Positions 1 through 12,153 of a DNA stretch of 64,000 nucleotides are shown here, one piece after another. The stretch spans positions 2,852,001-2,916,000 of the forward strand of contig OZ374557.1 in the NCBI GenBank assembly GCA_977862235.1, in the 5' to 3' direction. Origin of the DNA: Dudresnaya verticillata. Taxonomy: Eukaryota. Position 1 is the stretch's first letter, and every line of letters starts with the position of its first letter. Under the pieces are notes generated by a model. That model was not told the DNA's origin, ran no database searches, and was given only the letters and a program-made list of their open reading frames with translations. A program made the position numbers and the translations under genes.

Positions 1-1148
1 ATGTGTGGCCTCGTAGCATAAGGGAAAACGAAGGGAGGAAAAGGGGTGGTAGCGTGGTAGAGCGGGGCGACCGACGTGAAAGCCCACGGTGTCAATGTAT
101 TCGTGCGCGGAAGCGAGAATTCGAGCAATCGATCACCGGGGATGCCTGCAGGTGCGCAGAGCCTTGGAAAGCGAGGCTCGACCGTATCCGCGGTCACTGA
201 CACGAAGACATCTAACTCGAATAAACAGGCGCTAACCGAAGACCCCGGGGTCCGGGCGCCAGTCGCTTACCGTAAACTCTCGGAGTTCCTGTCAGACAAA
301 TAGCTAAGTACTACTACGTGAGCACGAATACACGTCAACACGGTAGCTGGTTTGTACTCTGTGGTGAAGTGAGCCGTGGCGCGCATGCCGCACGCGACGG
401 CGAGCCAACCGTAACGGGTGATGTGGCAATACGCCACGCTGATGATCTGGCAACGTGTAGCCGTGTCGGGTGTGTGCGCATTACTGTGCACTGGTACGCA
501 TCGCTGTACTGTAAGCGGAGCGCGCCAACCGTAGCGGAGTATTTGTGGTATTTATTCTTTATTTTTAGTGAGTATCTGTACTGTATGTAGAGTAGCGCGC
601 CAGCCAATGAGAATGCTGCGCATGTCCGTGTCGGAGGTTGGGACCAGCAGGGCCGATTCCACCATAGGACCAGACCACTAGGGTCTGGCCCCCACGGACC
701 GGACCACTCGGTGCCACCCTGACTTGTATATCAGCGGCACCGCAGCGGCTCCTAAGGTAAATGGGCAAGCAACCTTTGAGCCTCAATCCCACTGTAGCTC
801 TTTCCTTTACGGTTTTTTCCGCGCCGAGCCCTTTGCGGTCTACCACCACCACCGTTACGGAGTCCGTCCCGGCACTTGTACCAGCCCCTTGTCTGTTGCT
901 TCCCAATATCCGTTTCGGTTATCCGCTCGCTGTTCTCCCGTCTCGGTGCGAACTGCTCTACCACCCCGTGGAGGTAGTGTCGCTCTCATCCGGTGTAGGA
1001 AAGTTAGGCCAGCTGTCCGTTACGGAGTTCGTGGGTTTTCACTACACCACATACTCTAATGATTCGTAACGGCCTCGATGCCAACGAACAGTCGTCTCAC
1101 GTATGATGGCGGTTACAAAGCACGCCAGCAATGCATATGGAGGTGCAC
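1..1148. mobile_element. Partial LTR of family D, interrupted by solo LTR C (360-1051) and cut at 1148 by element A
   Basis: 1-359 plus 1057-1148 align colinearly with ~55150-55590, which lies inside the uninterrupted LTR D copy (55080-55922). Confidence 0.85.
360..1051 (+). mobile_element. Solo LTR (family C)
   Basis: Ends TGTGGTGAAG...CTACACCACA. 5-bp TSD TACTC at 355-359 and 1052-1056. Related to LTRs at 16755 and 54376. Empty site visible near 55494. Confidence 0.9.
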
Positions 1149-1523
1149 TGTAGTAGAATGGCCACGGAGCCAGGTAGAACGGAAATAACCAGAACACCTG
1201 TCCTAGGGTCAACACTAGCTTTGGTAGCTCGGGGGAAAAGGGAGTTGGTAGAGACTTGGGGGAAAAGGCACAAAGCCTAGGAAAAAAGGGAAAGGGGAAG
1301 GGCGGCGCTACCCAGCTCGCGCAGAGCTTCCGTCATGCGGATACAAGGCTCGTAGAGCGCCTGAAAGGGGAAAAAGTACGGTGAGTCCGTGAATTCCAGA
1401 AAAAGGGCAAAAGACCCAAACCCACCGTAGGGTTCTATTCAGGAGGCCCCTGCTACTCAGGGGCCTATTAAGTATGGCAGAGCCGGAAATGCTCTTACCT
1501 CCTATGAGCTATTCTAAGCTATT

Positions 1524-1705
1524 TACCTTATAGTAAGAATTTGTAGGGGTATGACCGCTCAAAGGGTAGTGTTAGCCCGGCCACGTCTCGAAAAATAAAC
1601 AAAATTCCATATCGATGCGCCAACAAATCCACTTGGCGCCACAATAGTTTCTACGCATCCGAAATTATATCTAAAATACACCGCCGCAGCGCCAATGAAA
1701 AAAAT

Positions 1706-1738
<33 letters not shown>

Positions 1739-1960
1739 AGGTCACCATTGATTGGCGGGATGTTGGTCATTACAGCCGACACCTTTGCTGTGCGCCTGAT
1801 TTCTTAATTTAGTTATTTTCTTTTGTGCGCGCGCGACCGCCGTTACACCCCGCGCCTGCCCTCGGCGTGGGGACTATCATACCACTCAGTGCCGTCCCGC
1901 GCCAAAGGCGCGGTCTAGCGGCGCGCAGCGCCGCCCCCGCCGAAGGCGGTGCGACTTGTT
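1524..1960 (+). mobile_element. Non-autonomous Helitron/Helentron-like insertion in LTR A
   Basis: Absent from the sister LTR. Inserted at a TT with no long TSD. Internal (CAG)10. Stacked GC hairpins at the 3' end (CGCGCCAAAGGCGCG, GCGGCGC..GCGCCGC, CCGCCGAAGGCGG) before CTTGT. Confidence 0.55.
1707..1736 (+). repeat. (CAG)10 microsatellite
   Basis: Seen directly. Confidence 0.95.
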
Positions 1961-2236
1961 CTAGCTGTAATTATTAATCTAATAGTACTGTTGTCAGTTA
2001 TAAATCCGGATTAGTGGTAATATCGCGTCGGGCTGCGTGAGCGGCCACAATAAATTACCCAATGGCAATTCGCCATCACACTTGGTGCCAGCAGGGACGC
2101 CAGAGGGCGCATCATCCTTACAGCGCACGGCGCTTGTGCGCGCCTTACAGCTTGATGCGAGTGGGCGTCTTACACCTTAATGCGCAGACATGACTTACAG
2201 TGCGCCAGCACTTCTGCTGCGGCTCATTGTTCCACA

Positions 2237-2253
2237 CGGCCCCCTTATTAAAG
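2237..2253 (-). promoter_or_regulatory. Polypurine tract of element A
   Basis: Minus strand reads AATAAGGGGGCCG directly before the 3' LTR. Confidence 0.75.
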
Positions 2254-2405
2254 CTGAGAGACCCGCGAAGCCAGCAAGGCTGTTTCTGTTGGCCCCGTCC
2301 TGGGCAAGGTTGAAATCCCAGTGGGACATTGGGCCAACGGCTCACTTGCAACCGCCGCCACGGGCGGCCGTTTTGCAACGGTTCTCAATAGTGACAAATC
2401 ACTTG

Positions 2406-3179
2406 TGTAGTATAGCTGTCAGCACACTATCAGCAGCGGCTGTAAGGTATGCTGGCAGCGCCGCACTGTAATGGTGCACATGATGACGCCCGCTGGCGAG
2501 TCGTGGTTGGGCAGCGTGCCCTTAGTTTTTTCGTTGAATTAGTAGCGGTCGACCGCATTGCTGCCGGCAGCGGCCGCGCGCCGTGCCGCACACGGCGCGC
2601 CCCTGTGACGCTCTCCGGCACCGAGCCGTTGAGAGGGCCGCTGCCCGTTACGCCCCGCGCGCGCCCACGGGCAACCGTTACGCGGACGTGTCGACACGTG
2701 TATGGGCGCGCGCTCGCACACCTCCCGCGTTGGTGTTGTGGGGCGCACCTACTGTAGAAGTAGTCGTAGGGCACATAGTGTAGGGTATTTAAGACCGTCG
2801 GCCATCGACGGCTCAGTAAACCGGGCAAGCAACAGCTCGCGCTGAAGCTTGCCCCCAGCCTTTTCGGGTTCGACCCCTTTGCCTTACTCCAGCGGGCGGT
2901 TTCCCTTTTTCCCCTTGCCTCGCTAGGCTTTCCCCTTTCCTTTTCCTTTTCGTCGGCTTCGTGCCCTCCTTCGACAGGGACGCTGGGATCGGGCCGCTGC
3001 CTACCCGCGTACGGTACGCCCCGTGCGCGCTCCGGCATCGACGCCGTCGATCCGCACCTGCGGGGCGCACGCGGCCGACACCGCTCTACCGACCCCAACA
3101 GCTACCCATCGACGGGTCTGTGGGGGGGCTTCGGACCAGCAAGTATCAGACGTCGGATCGACCCGACGTCTATACTACA
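2406..3179 (+). mobile_element. Solo LTR (family B) inserted in element A
   Basis: Perfect 10-bp inverted ends TGTAGTATAG...CTATACTACA. TSD ACTTG at 2401-2405 and 3180-3184. Inverted homolog at 15951-16727. Confidence 0.92.
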
Positions 3180-3541
3180 ACTTGGTTCGCCGTCCCAATC
3201 TCGACGGCGCCCGTCTCATTATTCCGGCGAACTTTGTGCCTTTCGCGCGGAAAGCCCCAAGGGGCTGCATACTTCAGCGGCATCACAGCGGCTTCCGCTA
3301 CAGTTCCCTGTGCACGCCCAAACTTCTCACCACTATCTCCAACCAACTCCGCGCCCTGCGCTTTCCTTCTTTCCCTCTCAGACCTACTGCCACGCGGTGC
3401 CGTTTTCATCTCAACGAGCCGCAGTGGCTGTGCGCGTGGTCGAGTGCCATCCTTCGGCCGTGATTAACGGCGGCTTGGCCTGACATCCACTACCCTACGG
3501 CCTTGCCGTTCAGTGTCTTCCAGAAGGAGTAGTCATTGTGA

Positions 3542-5892
3542 TTGTGTTGGGCGATTTGTGCGCCTTATAGGAGCTGGATGAATAACAGCCATATGGCTTA
3601 TGGAGCCGCCGGTTCACGCAACGGCGTGTTAAGACTCGAAGTCGATGAGATGGGCGTGCCCCTCACTGTCAAAGAGAGCCGCGACACTTGGGTGCGTACC
3701 GATCTGGCGCATCTGAAAGCGCGAGCTGGCGCTGATCGTACTGACATCCGCCGTCGCGGAGCGCGCCAAGCGCAACGTCGTACTTGGAATACTCACGCCC
3801 GGGCGCGTCTATCCCTGCTGACGGGTCTTACCCGTCGCCTGCCCGCCCTCGCGGGCCCGGGGCAATGGTACTTAGCGCACCCGCGCTTTCGACATGAAGA
3901 GCGCTACACCGACACGTTATGCGACAAGCCCAATTTCGAGCTGGAGCAGATGCAGAGCGTGCATGACGCTGGGCAGTACGACCTCGGGATGTTTTCGCAT
4001 GAGAGCCCACTGATTCGCAGTGGTGGGGACAATTACCCTTACACTATTGCGCGAGTTGTCCGCTGGGACGAGACATCCAACTTCAAATTCTCGATGGATA
4101 ATCCCCAAACGGCCATGCCGTCAGACGTGGTGCGGTTCGAGCGTCGCAATCGACATGGAACTGGGTGCTACGTCCCGGGACATTGCCAAGAGGTTACCTC
4201 TATCCGTCCGGAATTGTACACGGCGAAGTACCCTCAAGTTACAGGAGATCATGCGGAGCTCGAGGTATCCTACTCCATGCCCGTGGGCACGCCGACGATC
4301 ATAGCCTATCTTGGCTTGGAGATGATGGACACCAATACAGACGATAGCGTCTTGTGGTCCATCTTCCGCCACGAATGGATAGTCTTAGTGACTCAAGTAT
4401 TCGTATACGAAGCCCATCGGGGCTTGTTGTATTTCATCAAAGCCCCACTTCGTGCGTCCATCCGCTCCATAGGCTCCGCCGCCTTTACCGCGACTTCGGC
4501 TGATGCCGACGATTTGGCCAAACGGCTGGTATTTGTGGAACGCATCCGTTGGAGTGGCGTCTCAAAGCGCAACAGGCACTTGCCTCAGAATACCGGCCAC
4601 ATCATACCGGTATACGATAGCGGCGACTGGGTCGAGTTTGACGCCGTCAAGTGGCACCCAGTCCTTCCTAGCTACTTAATGGCGCCTCTACCCTGCGAGG
4701 GTGAATCAATCCAATTGGATGGAGGCGAACGTCGCACTGGGCACACCAAAGGTTGGGTGAGCTTGCGTTGGCACGATGAAGGGCCTAAGCACCCTGATGA
4801 GGTGCCCCCCTTCGACGACACTGTCGACGGGGAACCGCAGGGTCCGTATGCTCCAGTGTTGACACACCATTACCGTGCTGATGCCGATATCCGTGATCTA
4901 TTTCGCCGTCGTGGGTTGGCCATCCGCTTGGCTGCCCATTGAGGCGTCTTCTCCCTCAACCTTCACAGTCTCGCTGACTGGGTTCAGGACGTGCTAGCCG
5001 AGTATGAGGCTCACCGGGTTGGGACACCGGGTCCCATTGACCTCCTTTTGACTCACCTGAATAAGTTGCCCCCGCTGGGCCAGGTCAAGGTTAAAGGTGA
5101 GCCTGGAGTGGAGATCGAGAAAGAGCCGGGCTCTAAGGTGCGCCGCGGCATCGGCTATAGCCGAACGGGTTCATCTGCCCAGGTCTCTTCAGCGGCCCTT
5201 CCGGTTATCGATGCGAGGGAAGCTACCGAGACTGATGTGTGGAAGGTTCCGTGCGAGGAGTCCATTGCCACGGCTGGTGATAACGCCCCCAAAGCCGGTC
5301 CGCGAGTCACGGCGCCTCCTTCCCAGCCATCAGCTTCTCGAGTTGGATTCCCACTCCGCTCCGTGGTTCCATGCCAAATTCCTATCGTTAGCGGCGCGCC
5401 CGCTGGGAATAACCCGCAGTCTGTCATCACCAGCTAATCGTCCCAATGCAGAGGTTGCTGTTGGGCCCCCTCAGGGTCGCGCCCTTCGACTCCATCTGCC
5501 ACAGCACCTGCTTCAATAAAGGCGCCTGCTGAGTCTTTGACTTTGGTGATTCTCCCCAGGAGAAGGAGAGGGCGTCTAGGCCGTTAGCTCCCAGTCAAGC
5601 CGATGAGGTTTTGCACCCTACTGACGAAATGCTCGTGAGGACTAAGCTGGTGCTCAAGGAAGAGGAGGAGGCGGCTCCTGTGGAGGGCGATGTTGCGCCG
5701 ATGGATGTGGAACCGAGAGCCAACGAGGCTCAAGGGACATCGATGGAGGGCATTTGTCGGGGTCGTGGACCGCGTCGTGGCCAGGGTCGGCGTATCATCC
5801 GACAGGTGCGCCGCATCGTGACGGCGCGGGCTCCTTCTGCGCCTAACCCGCCTCTTGGCGATGACGAGGTCATTGACCTTCTATCGGATTAG
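3542..5892 (+). pseudogene. Antisense accessory ORF of element A (466-aa open part 3542-4942; same-frame continuation 4991-5437; tail 5611-5892)
   Basis: Long ORF opposite to pol, between pol and the 3' LTR. Shares motifs with the 747-aa ORF of element E. Confidence 0.7.
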
Positions 5893-6901
5893 TCATTTAC
5901 TTCCTATCGGATTAGCCGAGTCCAGCCCTTGTCTTTAGGTATCGAGCCTGATAGGGGCTAGAAGCCTACTCCAGCGGCTTAACCGCTTATCAATAAACCT
6001 CGTCTTGTATGCGTAACACAATTCCTTGGTAGGCTTCGAGCCTTCACGTCCTGTGCCAATTTCCTTCATAGTGAGACAGTGGTGCCTTTGCCTGTCCGGG
6101 CATCGTGGGACAGTCTATTATTGGTTGACCAATACGCCTGCACAGCGTCTGTCACGGCTTGAGAGCATACCAGCAATGTCAGCACTTGCTCTACAGTACA
6201 GTGCGACGCACTGTAGCGTATTTTGGCGCGATAGCCTTTTTGGCTGTTAATTGGCCACACCACTCCGCCACCTTTCTGTAGCCTTTCCTGTATCCCAAAG
6301 ACTTTACCCACCGCCACAACCACGAGGTAGAGGTCAGTGTCATCGGCTTCAAGCCCGCGCGGTCTCCAGAATCTCAGCGTCAATACGCTTGGCGCTTATG
6401 CTCCCGTATCAATGGGGTCTCACTCGATTTCCCATGGCTGTCCCAACAGGGGTGGGAGTCGTGGTATCAAGACTCATGAGTCTGGGGTTGGGCGTCTTTT
6501 TGCCTTACGCCCTCACTGGGTTCGATCCCATCGTGCCTCTTCGTAGGTGTTAGTTAATGTAACTTCGGGCCCATCGTGTCCCGTCCGTGTTTCTAGCGTT
6601 AGTGTCGCTCCTGGGCAGTTCGGTCGCCAACAAGCGCATTAGCGCTTATGGGTTATGGTCATAATAAATTATCAGTTAGTCATTGAGGCTTATCACCACC
6701 CGCATAGAGGGGAGAGGGGCCGCCATAGCTTGTGCCTTTCAGGCGTGATTCCTTGAGGTAGCCAGGTTTTTGGCAACTCCACCTATCAAGTTATTAGTCT
6801 TACGATAGCAGGAGCTGCTTCTTCTGGCGAGGGATCGACTCCTAAATTTACAGCGTACGCTCGCCTAGCAGCATCATCTTACAGAGTTCACCTCTTGATT
6901 G

Positions 6902-7090
6902 CATCTATCCATATCCGTACATCTATCCAGGACCCAATCCTTCCAACATCTATCCATGTTTTTCATCTATCCAGAGTCTTGACTCTTCTTCCAGCTATCC
7001 AATTCCACATCTGTCCAGAGGCTTGACTCTTCTTCCATCAATCCATGTTATACATATATCCAAGGTCTACCCTTCTGTAGCCATCTACAT
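6902..7090. repeat. Degenerate tandem repeat with CATCTATCCA core
   Basis: About 8-9 copies of the core, plus a duplicated CTTGACTCTTCTTCCA. Confidence 0.75.
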
Positions 7091-7354
7091 TGGCTCATCT
7101 TTTGAGGGCTCAACCCCTGCTTCGGTGCGCTCGGTAATCGGCGAATTCCGTCCTTAGCCCATAGGCTGAATTCTTATTTGCGCAAGGGCGTCGACTTCGG
7201 AACCCAGAACCAATGTTCTATCTCAACTAATATTAGATGAGATCTAGCAGTCGAGAGATCCGACTCCATACATCCTAACTACTGTTTGGTTGGGTGCGTC
7301 CGATTAACACCACTTGTGGGTCCGATGCCCTACTCAAAGAGATTGTTCGCCGCG

Positions 7355-10300
7355 CTAATTGTCAGGGAAAGGTATCCCTTTTTGGCGGTGGTGCCTTGCA
7401 ACCAAATTGTGAGGGAGATGTCCCTTTGGCTCCCATGCGTCCTTTGAAGCCGGGCTCTGGAACCACCGCACACGATAGAGGTGTGTGCCGGGATCATAGG
7501 AAACGATACCTTCGTACACGTGTTCGCGTGGTGGCGCCTTCTTGAAGCGCGAGGACTTGCGGCTTGACGTCCCCTCAGCCACTGTCGGCGTAGGCGATGG
7601 CGCGTCCACTTCGTCGTTCATAGGAGCATTCTCCTCCCGTTTTGGGACAACTGGCGCCGTATGGGCACCGCTAGGTTGCAGATTCCCACGTGGGGCGACC
7701 AGTGTCTCGCCTTCAGCCCCAGGTGCTTCGTGGTGCGCCGGTTCATAACCGCCTGATGCGGTGTTCGTCGGGGGCCAGTGGCGTTTGTGCTGGGCTCGCC
7801 GGTTGGCCAAGTTGGGCTACTTGAAGGTGCTGCACCTGTCTCCGGTGGCAATTCCACTACAGTGGGACTCATTTCTAGTGCAAGCCGCGCTTCATGTGGC
7901 GATGGAGCCAAAATGACTCGATCCAAAGGGATTGTTTCTCTGTCGCCCTTGATGTCGAGAACCACCACATGGGTTCCTCTGTCGAGCACCTTATATGGCC
8001 CAAGGGCTTTCGGGAACCGTTTCCCTTCTCTGACCACACCTGAAGCGTCCTTTACTTTAGTTTCCCGTTCGAGGAATACCCATGACGCAGGACGTACCTT
8101 TTGGTTGGCCGGTCGAATGCGGTTATTGAAGTTGGTTTCATAGCGCTTTTGCACTAGTGCGGAGGCGGACGGGTGGTGTAGTGGTTCACCTCTGCGCGGT
8201 TGATTCCGGGAACCGAGTTCGACTCCCGCCAGGTCCCATGGTTCTACATTTTCAAGGATTTTCCCCACCGGGGTTGTTTGCCCATTCTTCTCATGGAGCC
8301 GGCTGGACTGCCTCCAGATTACGGGTGTAAGCCCGTCAGTAGATAGCTGGTTGGTAGGGCGTATGCCTGCATATGGGCCTTAGTCGCCCGCGCAACTGCG
8401 CACGTTAAAGACGCAATAAAAGTACAACATCACTAGTTGCATCCTATGCAGAGCCGTATCCATGAGCTTTTCCAGGCGAGCAGTTAGGTGCTTCTTGACA
8501 TTCGTAGTGGGTACTCCGTCGATGTCTGCTGGTTCCGCTTGCTCCAGCAATAGGGAAGTCGGCGGGTTTGACAAAACCAAGTCAAAAGGGGCTAACCCTG
8601 TAGCGCGATGCACTGTCGTATTGTAAGCGTACGTGAGCGCTGAGGTGAACTCGTCCCAGTCCCTTTGGTATTCCGCAATGAAGTGGCGAAGGCCCGCTAG
8701 GATGGTGCGGTTGAACCTCTCAGCCATTAGTTTGGGGATGGTATGTCGACGTGACCATGTTTCGAATCCGTAGGATATCGCACACGGCGAGAAAGAACTT
8801 AGATGCCAATTGAGACCCATTGTCTGAAAGGACGTAACGGGGCGGTCCATAGGTAAAGACCCAATGGTCGCAAAACGCCTTCGCCACTGTACTGTATAGG
8901 CGGTTACCGTTTTCATCGGTATCGCTCGCGTCAGATTTGAGAAGTGATCCGTCATAACCAACAGGAACTCGTTTCCTTTCCCAGAGCGGGGCAAGGGACC
9001 CAGGAAATTAATTCCTACGAACTCCAGCGGCATGGTTGCCGGGAAGAGTTTCATACGCAAATCATGTTTCCGCAACTTCACCCGCTCTTGCGCGCACTTG
9101 ACACAATCACACACTGTGGCGTACACATCCAATACCATCCCTGGCCAATATACCTGTCTTCGCAGGTTGTGGCACATCCGGGTGCCACCCGGGTATCCCG
9201 CCATCTCGGGGTAGTGGGCTAAGTGTAGCGCCCTTTCCTTAAGAGAACGAGGTACGAGAACCTGTATCGCCTTGTCTATATACGACTTCCGGACTAGAAG
9301 TCCTCGGTCGTCCTCGAGATAGCAACCAGGCTTCCCGGCCTTGAAGTTCCGTCGGACCCAGATACAGAATTCATCTGTTTTCTGCTCACGGAGAAATTCT
9401 TCTGTGGTTATGAGGCATAGTCACTTTTGTCCTGATTCCTTCTCGGCCACTTGGGTGATGACCATTTCGTCATCCGAATCGGACTCATCGACGGGTTCGA
9501 TTTCCCATGCTTCCAACGGTCGCGTATTGGGTTGCGATCGCGGCCTTTCGCAGCGTTCGTCCGTCTGATCAGTCTCGAGGAATAAGCACGGGATCTCAAG
9601 GTCTGGTTCTCATGGCGTGAAGCCATACGTGGGCAACCGAGATCCTGAATCAGCAATCTGATTCTTTTTCCTTTTCGATACTGGACCGTGAAGTCGTATT
9701 CCAGGAGGCGTAACGTCCAACGGGCCAACCGCCCGGAAGCATCTGTGATGCTCATCATCCATTTCAGCGCTTGATGGTCTATGTACAGGTCAAAGGGGGA
9801 CCTTTCTAGATAGGGACTGAGCAATTGTGCCGCCCAGACCACTGCTAGGGACTCCTTTTTGCCTACAGAGTACTTCTTCTCTACCTTCGTCAGCCCTTGG
9901 TTGCAGAAGCCTATCGGGTGCCGAGTCCCTTCTTCTTCGGCTTGCATTAGCCCGCAACCAATTTGATAGTCGCACGCGTCGATATCCACCGATACGGCCT
10001 TACCCTCTTGTGGCAGCCTAAGAATAGGAGGCGCTATTGGTGCTTTCTTCAGCAATTCGACCGCCTCGCGTTGGCGTTCATTGAACTACGGTAGTTCAAA
10101 GCCCCCTTCCTTCTGTAGCAGGACATTGAGCGGAGCTGCCACGCGAGCGAAGTTAGGTACGAATCGCCTGTGGACGTTGCATAGACCGATGAAAGACCGT
10201 AACTGGGTCTGGGTGGTCGGTCCCTTGAAGCATTCGATAGCTTGCGTATTCTTAGTCGCCACTTCTAATAAACCTGGACTGATGACGTGCCCTAAGTAGT

Positions 10301-12150
10301 CGACACTCTTTGTGAAGAAGTTACACTTCTTAAGTTTCAAGGAGAACCCTGCTCCTTGTAATACAGAGAGAATCTGTCTTACATGCGTGACATGCTCGTC
10401 GACAGTCGCGGAGAATACGATAATATCGTTGAGGTATACGAGGCACGATTTCCATCGCAATCCTGATAAGAGGATGTCAACCGTTCGCTGAAAGGTCGCC
10501 GGAGCGTTGCATAGCTCAAAGGGCATCCTGAAAAACTGGAAGCAGCCCGCGTGGCAAGTAAAAGCAGTCTTATGCTTATCCTCCGGGGAAACCAGAATCT
10601 GCCAGCAGCCTGAGTTGCAATCCAAGGATGTGAAATATTGGGTCTCGCCCAGGGAGTCCAAATACTCGTCCATGCGTGGCAGAGAATACGTATCCGTGAC
10701 TGTAATACCGTTAAGCTTGCGATAGTCAACGCAAAAGCGGAGTCACCCGCCGGGCTTCTTAACAAAGACAACGGGGCCCGCAAACGCAGAGCGTGCAGGC
10801 TCTATGACGCCTTCTTTGAGCATTTTGTCGACTTCATCCTGTTATTCTTGACGGGCCTTAGGGCCCGACCGATAAGGTTGCGTAAACACAGGTTTTGAAC
10901 CTTCTTGAAGCTCAATACGGTGTTCGGTAACATTGATGGTGCCGAGTTGTCCGTCCCACATACCGGCGAACGGTTTAAGCATTTTGCGCATGCGGCGCCG
11001 ATCCGAAGTGGACAGGTGTTCCTGCGCGAGGTTATCGACCGTAATAGCGGTTAACGCTGATGTCGCAATTTTGATTCCAGGCTTAGAGTCTATATTTGTC
11101 TTCAGAGCAGCAGCAAGCCCCGCCCCCTACATCGGAGAATATTTCGGACGAGGGAAGCGAGTCACTGTCAGGAACATTATCCTCGATGGAGACAGTGTAG
11201 ACCGGCGTCTGCGTGGGCGCCGGTACAGCCTTGCCAAGGCTTTGATTCTTGGAAAGCCGTTGAGGACGCGAAGAAACGTTCGCGATCTTGACGTGAAAGA
11301 GTCGGTTCTCTTGAATGTTGATGATGCCATTCGTCAAAACGAATTGTTGACGCTCGTATAAGCGGCGGAGGAATTCCAGGAAATATGTTCCTTCGGCAGA
11401 ACAGGTCAGAGGACCCCATGACTCACTGTCGGGCAGTAAATTAGTAGTTTGTGCGACGCGAATGAGTCGCGAGTTATGTAACGGGGGAACCTCCATTGGT
11501 TCGTCAGACCTGCCCTCACGAGGTATACCACATCGCCGGCGTAGAATTGGGTGAATGGATCCGTCGCGAAGAACTATGTTCTGTCGGCGGACGCGCAACC
11601 CTTCCACGTGGGTATCGATAAACGTGCAACCCAAAATGGCATCTACTGCCAATACCCTTACGACAAAAAAAGGTTGTCGAACCGTGTAGGACCCGACCTG
11701 ATTATCAGGGAGACTGTTCCCATTGTATTTAGTCATTGACTTGACGTGGAGATCAAGTTCACAATTGATCGCGTTGTAGAAATCCATTTCTTGTCTTCCG
11801 GTGATAGAACATCCGCGCGTATGATATTAGGGGCTGCCCCTGTATCCAATACGGAGAGCACACGAGTAAGGTCGTCAACACAGGTCCCGATGGACGCAGT
11901 TACTTTATAGTTGTACCGGACAAGGAGAAAACGGGATCCTTACAATACTCATGATATTTCCGTCCAGGGGGTAAGCCCACGGGACGCGCTAAGATCTTCT
12001 TAGGAAGAGAAGTGACAGATTCACTGACAACAGGTCGATCCGTTGAGGAGAAGCTTTCGAAACTGTAGCTCAAGGAGCTGGATTCAACGTACCGATCGGA
12101 GGGTTCCGATGCCACCTGAGATATGTGGTGTGCCGAAACCGGTTCCCCCC
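7355..12150 (-). pseudogene. pol: pol of element A: protease, RT, RNase H, integrase, chromodomain (frameshifted)
   Basis: VLDTGAAPNI (~11830-11855). LDCNSGCWQ/FRMPFELCNAPATFQ/VYLNDII (YLDD mutated). DACDYQIG. GYPGGTRM..CVKC..ERFNRT. LYRVRWFQ..DAWEP. Confidence 0.93.
8158..8432. mobile_element. 275-bp insertion (probable solo LTR) splitting the integrase of A
   Basis: TG...CA ends with AATAAA near the right end. Flanked by duplicated (CA)CTAG. Removing it restores in-frame MQLVQKRY. Confidence 0.75.
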
Positions 12151-12153
12151 TCG

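Larger units (their letters stand above)
1149..2236 (-). repeat. 3' LTR of element A (contains a 437-bp insertion)
   Basis: Matches 15126-15777 except for the insertion at 1524-1960. Confidence 0.9.

Noticed and set aside
2430..3467. ORFs mirrored at 15887-16800
   Set aside because: Largely GC-rich non-coding LTR B sequence present in two orientations.
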